Source: Chromera velia (taxonomy: Eukaryota). From it: a DNA stretch of 64,000 nt. The number at the start of each line of letters is the position of its first letter. The first letter of the stretch is position 1. The DNA lies in the NCBI GenBank assembly GCA_018398765.1, contig JAHBMJ010000223.1, positions 1-64,000 of the forward strand, in the 5' to 3' direction. A program made the translations under genes and the position numbers. This document shows positions 60,797-64,000 of the stretch, piece after piece. The notes beneath the pieces are model-generated. The model did no database searches. It had not been told where the DNA came from and was given only the letters and a program-made list of their open reading frames with translations.

Positions 60797-61380
60797 CTAA
60801 TCAGTGAGAGCGGCTTCGGATTTGGAGTCGAGCTGCCTGGTCCGTCTCAACAGATGCGGACACAAGGCCAGACTCTTTCAGTTGTAGTCTTCCTGTTGTC
60901 TTTCAGTCTGAACTCTTTACTGATAGAAGAAGAAAAAAGACAAAAATGGGAACAGTGCCGAAAGGGGAAAAGTGTGCCCTGGGAGAAGCCAGACATTCCT
61001 TTTTGAATAAATACTTTGAGTGTGAGACTTTAGTATAGTGATGCAGCCTGTATTGCCACGCATCACCAGAAAGCGAAAGCCAAGTGGTTGTCATTGAACT
61101 TGTCAATTGGCTTCCTTCATCTTCCTTCGATCGCGTCCTCTGCATGTCGATCACTGCAGCGGCTCATATAGCGGCTCGCCGCGTGCGGCCGGAGTGCATG
61201 CATTAGGTAATCTCAATCATAAATAGACATCGTAGGGACTTTCTATAGAGAAAAAAACAACAAATCTCTAAAAAAATAGATAGAAATCAGCCACACAAGT
61301 ATAAATTTTATTTTAAATAGAGAACTTAGTAATGACCCACAAAAAGTATAAAAACACTCAAATGTCTGTTATTTTCTAAA

Positions 61381-63036
61381 TTAAGTCTCTGCACGAGCTT
61401 CTGCACGGGCAGTGCACTGACCATCTTGCAGGCACCTGACGTTTCTGGGGTCTCTTCGGCAGATGTCACATGCATTGCGAGGCCGTCCAACGCCTCTACG
61501 GGGAGGCAAAGGGGGAAGAACAACCGAACAACTTCTTGCACCGCCACACTCTTTTACACACCCCCCACAACGAAAACAGCGGCCACACACATGCGCCCAC
61601 AACAGGGGCAATCCATAGAGCCATGTTCCATCCTCATCGACCATCCGAGCCTTCCACTCGGGCCCATAGGTAAAAACGAGACCTCTCATGGTCTCTTCTT
61701 CTAGCTTCTCCATCTCCCCCCTTCCTATGAATGCGCCCCGCACTTGGATTTTCTTGAAAGGACGGGTCCATTTCATAATCCGCCCTCTCGCATATTCTAT
61801 TGCATAAAGAGCACCTGTGAAATCAGCCTCCACTTCGTAGGAGACCGTCTGTGATTTCACAACATCCACCACATACACCCTCACGCTGCTTCTGTCTAAA
61901 CAAGACAGCCACGGNNNNNNNNNNNNNCGAGCAGCAGCAATCTGTTTAGCTTTCTTTCCTCCATCCCGTGGGCCTGCCGTTTCCGTTCCACACCATATCC
62001 GGAGAGTTTCTCCAGGCGACGTCACTCCCAGCAACACATAATTTACGTGATCGTCTCGGACTACCTTCTGGCTTCCCACTTCTACATCTCTTTCTCTCAA
62101 AACGCGTTCAACTTCTTCCCTCTCTACCCAGTCACATGTTCCTGCACTTACCCGCTGCCAACTTTCATAGAGTAAAGGAGGTAGAGGACGAGCCATCATC
62201 TGGCGGCGTAGCCGCCCCCCTGCTCCAGGCTTTTCTACACGCCAAACAGAAATGAAAAGATAAAAAATATCGCCATTTTAGCCTGAAAACAGTACGAATC
62301 GCATCGGAAAATTATCACGATCTCAGATCTGGTCTTCGTTTTGAATGTCGTAGCTTCTGTGCCACTTTTCATTTGAGATTGGTCGGGAAAAAGAAAAGAA
62401 CAGAGAGAGACGGTGGCAACAGATTGGTATCCGTGCGACTGCATGCATGTGCAATGTTCTATGACGCACGCACGCATATGCCTGCATGGCCAGGTCAGGC
62501 AGCCATCCGTCTACAGTCACACTGTCCCATCCAAGCTCAAAAATGTCGTTTTATAAGTGAGATTACCTAATGCATGTATAGCTATGTATAGCTTCATGCA
62601 GGCATGCGCTTTCTATCGGTTGTCACGTACTTCGTCATACAAGACCTCTCTGATCAATCCGTTCTCTCGATCGTGGCTGGTGTCTCAGTTTTGTCTGGTC
62701 AAGCATATGGACCAAAAGCAACCGGAGACAGTGCTTCATGCAGTGATTAATCCGAAATGTCTGTGAGTGAGCGGCAGCTCACTTGATTTTTCTTGATCGG
62801 TCGAGCATCAGTCGGAGGCGGATTTTGTGCAAGGAGCCCTGGAGCCTTTTCGTCTGGTTTTTTGACCCGTCGGAAGGTTCCAGTGCCTTTTGAATCCGAT
62901 TTTTCAGAGAAACCGGACAGGAGACAAGAGTCTGATGGAAAGTAAACTTGCCACGTCCTCCGTCGGGAAGCACTGGGTGGTGGTCAGTTGATTTGATTGC
63001 ACATCGTTCAGTTTTGAGTGAGCCCTCTTCAAACAT
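61381..63036 (-). CDS. Hypothetical protein with C-terminal Cys clusters; exons ~63036-62784 and ~62235-61381
   Basis: 272-aa complex-composition ORF ending in CGRCFRCGGCVKEC...CDIC...C...C. The upstream ORF ends at a GTGAG donor. A 13-N gap lies inside, so frame continuity is assumed. Confidence 0.6.
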
Positions 63037-63202
63037 CAGCTCTTCTTTTCTGTGCGTCCTCTCGTCTTACAATTATATAGAGAATGATGATTTCTCTCTC
63101 TTAGCATTTATGTGAGGACTCTTTTATCTCCTTGGACCCTTTTGTCGATCCTCTCTCTCTGCCATCTGTTGCTGGGCACAGATATCCTCCATCCAGACGA
63201 CA

Positions 63203-64000
63203 ATGTTGCAGGTGCATATCCACGCTTGCGTGCATGTCCACTCCTTTTCTCACTTGAGACAGAGGAAGCCTGGCGCACTCTGTAATCCCCCCCTACCCTC
63301 TTTGTGCAGCTGGGATGCCCTTCTGCCTGGAAAATAGCGAATTCTTCTCTTGGCCCTCAACTGGAAAAGGAAGGACTCAAGGTGAGAGGGGGCAGCCGTC
63401 TCCCCCTTCCTCTCTGTGTGCTCTTCTGCCCGTGGATGTCTTCGTCCACCCGTCTCTGTGCGTCTTCTTGTGCCTGCCCATATGTGTGTTCGTGTGCCTG
63501 TCTTTGCGTCTGCTTCTGTCTACGTGCGTGTGTGTTCTTCGGCCTCTGACTGTATGTCTTCTTCTGTCCTGAGCGTGTCTTCTTCCATGTGCTACGCCGC
63601 CTCAGTCGACAATCCTTCCTTTCTTCTCTGTCCCTCTGTCTGTGTGGACGTTGCTTCGGACCTTGCCGCCTCACTACTTCACTCTTTGCATGTCACTTGC
63701 CCGCCCGTCTGTGCTTCAACGAGCGTTTCCTCTTGTAGGCCCCTGTCGCTTCTGGTCTTTCCTCTTTGTTCTGCCGAAATATGTGTATGTGTGTGTGCGT
63801 GCGTGTGGTGTGTGAAAGCAGGTGGTGGCAGATGTGGAAGGCGACGTCTCGCGACTCCAGTCGGAGGTGGAGAGGTTGCAGAAGGAAAATGAGGCCCTGA
63901 GTGCGAAAGTGAAGAAGGCAGAACAGAAGGCGGCTGCTGCTGCTGCTGCAGGAGGTAAGCGGACAGTCTGCCTCCCATATGTGGGCTGCTGCTTTTCTTT
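63203..64000 (+). CDS. 5' part of a coiled-coil protein (exons 63203-63211, 63310-63381, 63822-63954), continues beyond the window
   Basis: Phase-0 GT-AG joins give MLQLGCPSAWKIANSSLGPQLEKEGLKVVADVEGDVSRLQSEVERLQKENEALSAKVKKAEQK. Confidence 0.65.

Overview
Eukaryotic nuclear DNA with GT-AG introns packed with microsatellites, TGCATGCA-rich promoters and a bipartite plastid-targeting leader. These traits suggest a chromerid-type alveolate alga such as Chromera (inference). Housekeeping genes, reconstructed by hand across introns: a CenH3-like histone H3 variant, a plastid-type arginyl-tRNA synthetase, an FKBP, an acyl-CoA-binding protein with a SAM-like domain, a METTL21/Methyltransf_16-type methyltransferase, a TPR/IQ protein and a secreted Cys-motif protein. 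Accessory or defence-like loci lie between them. (1) A protein with an intronless CDS that fuses two dsRBD-like domains to a Schlafen/AlbA_2 nuclease domain with an intact catalytic motif; it is a candidate dsRNA-triggered RNase. (2) An ankyrin-HET-ankyrin gene with near-identical, shuffled repeat units, interrupted by in-frame TGA stops. (3) A 2.5 kb non-autonomous LTR element with antisense cargo. (4) Two decayed genes. The repeated and decayed sequences share a strong C:G>T:A transition signature, often at CpA/TpG, reminiscent of fungal RIP, and they sit beside AT-rich islands at gene 3' ends. Exon boundaries and domain calls are by eye; no searches were run. Short N gaps lie at about 3957-3999 and 61915-61927.
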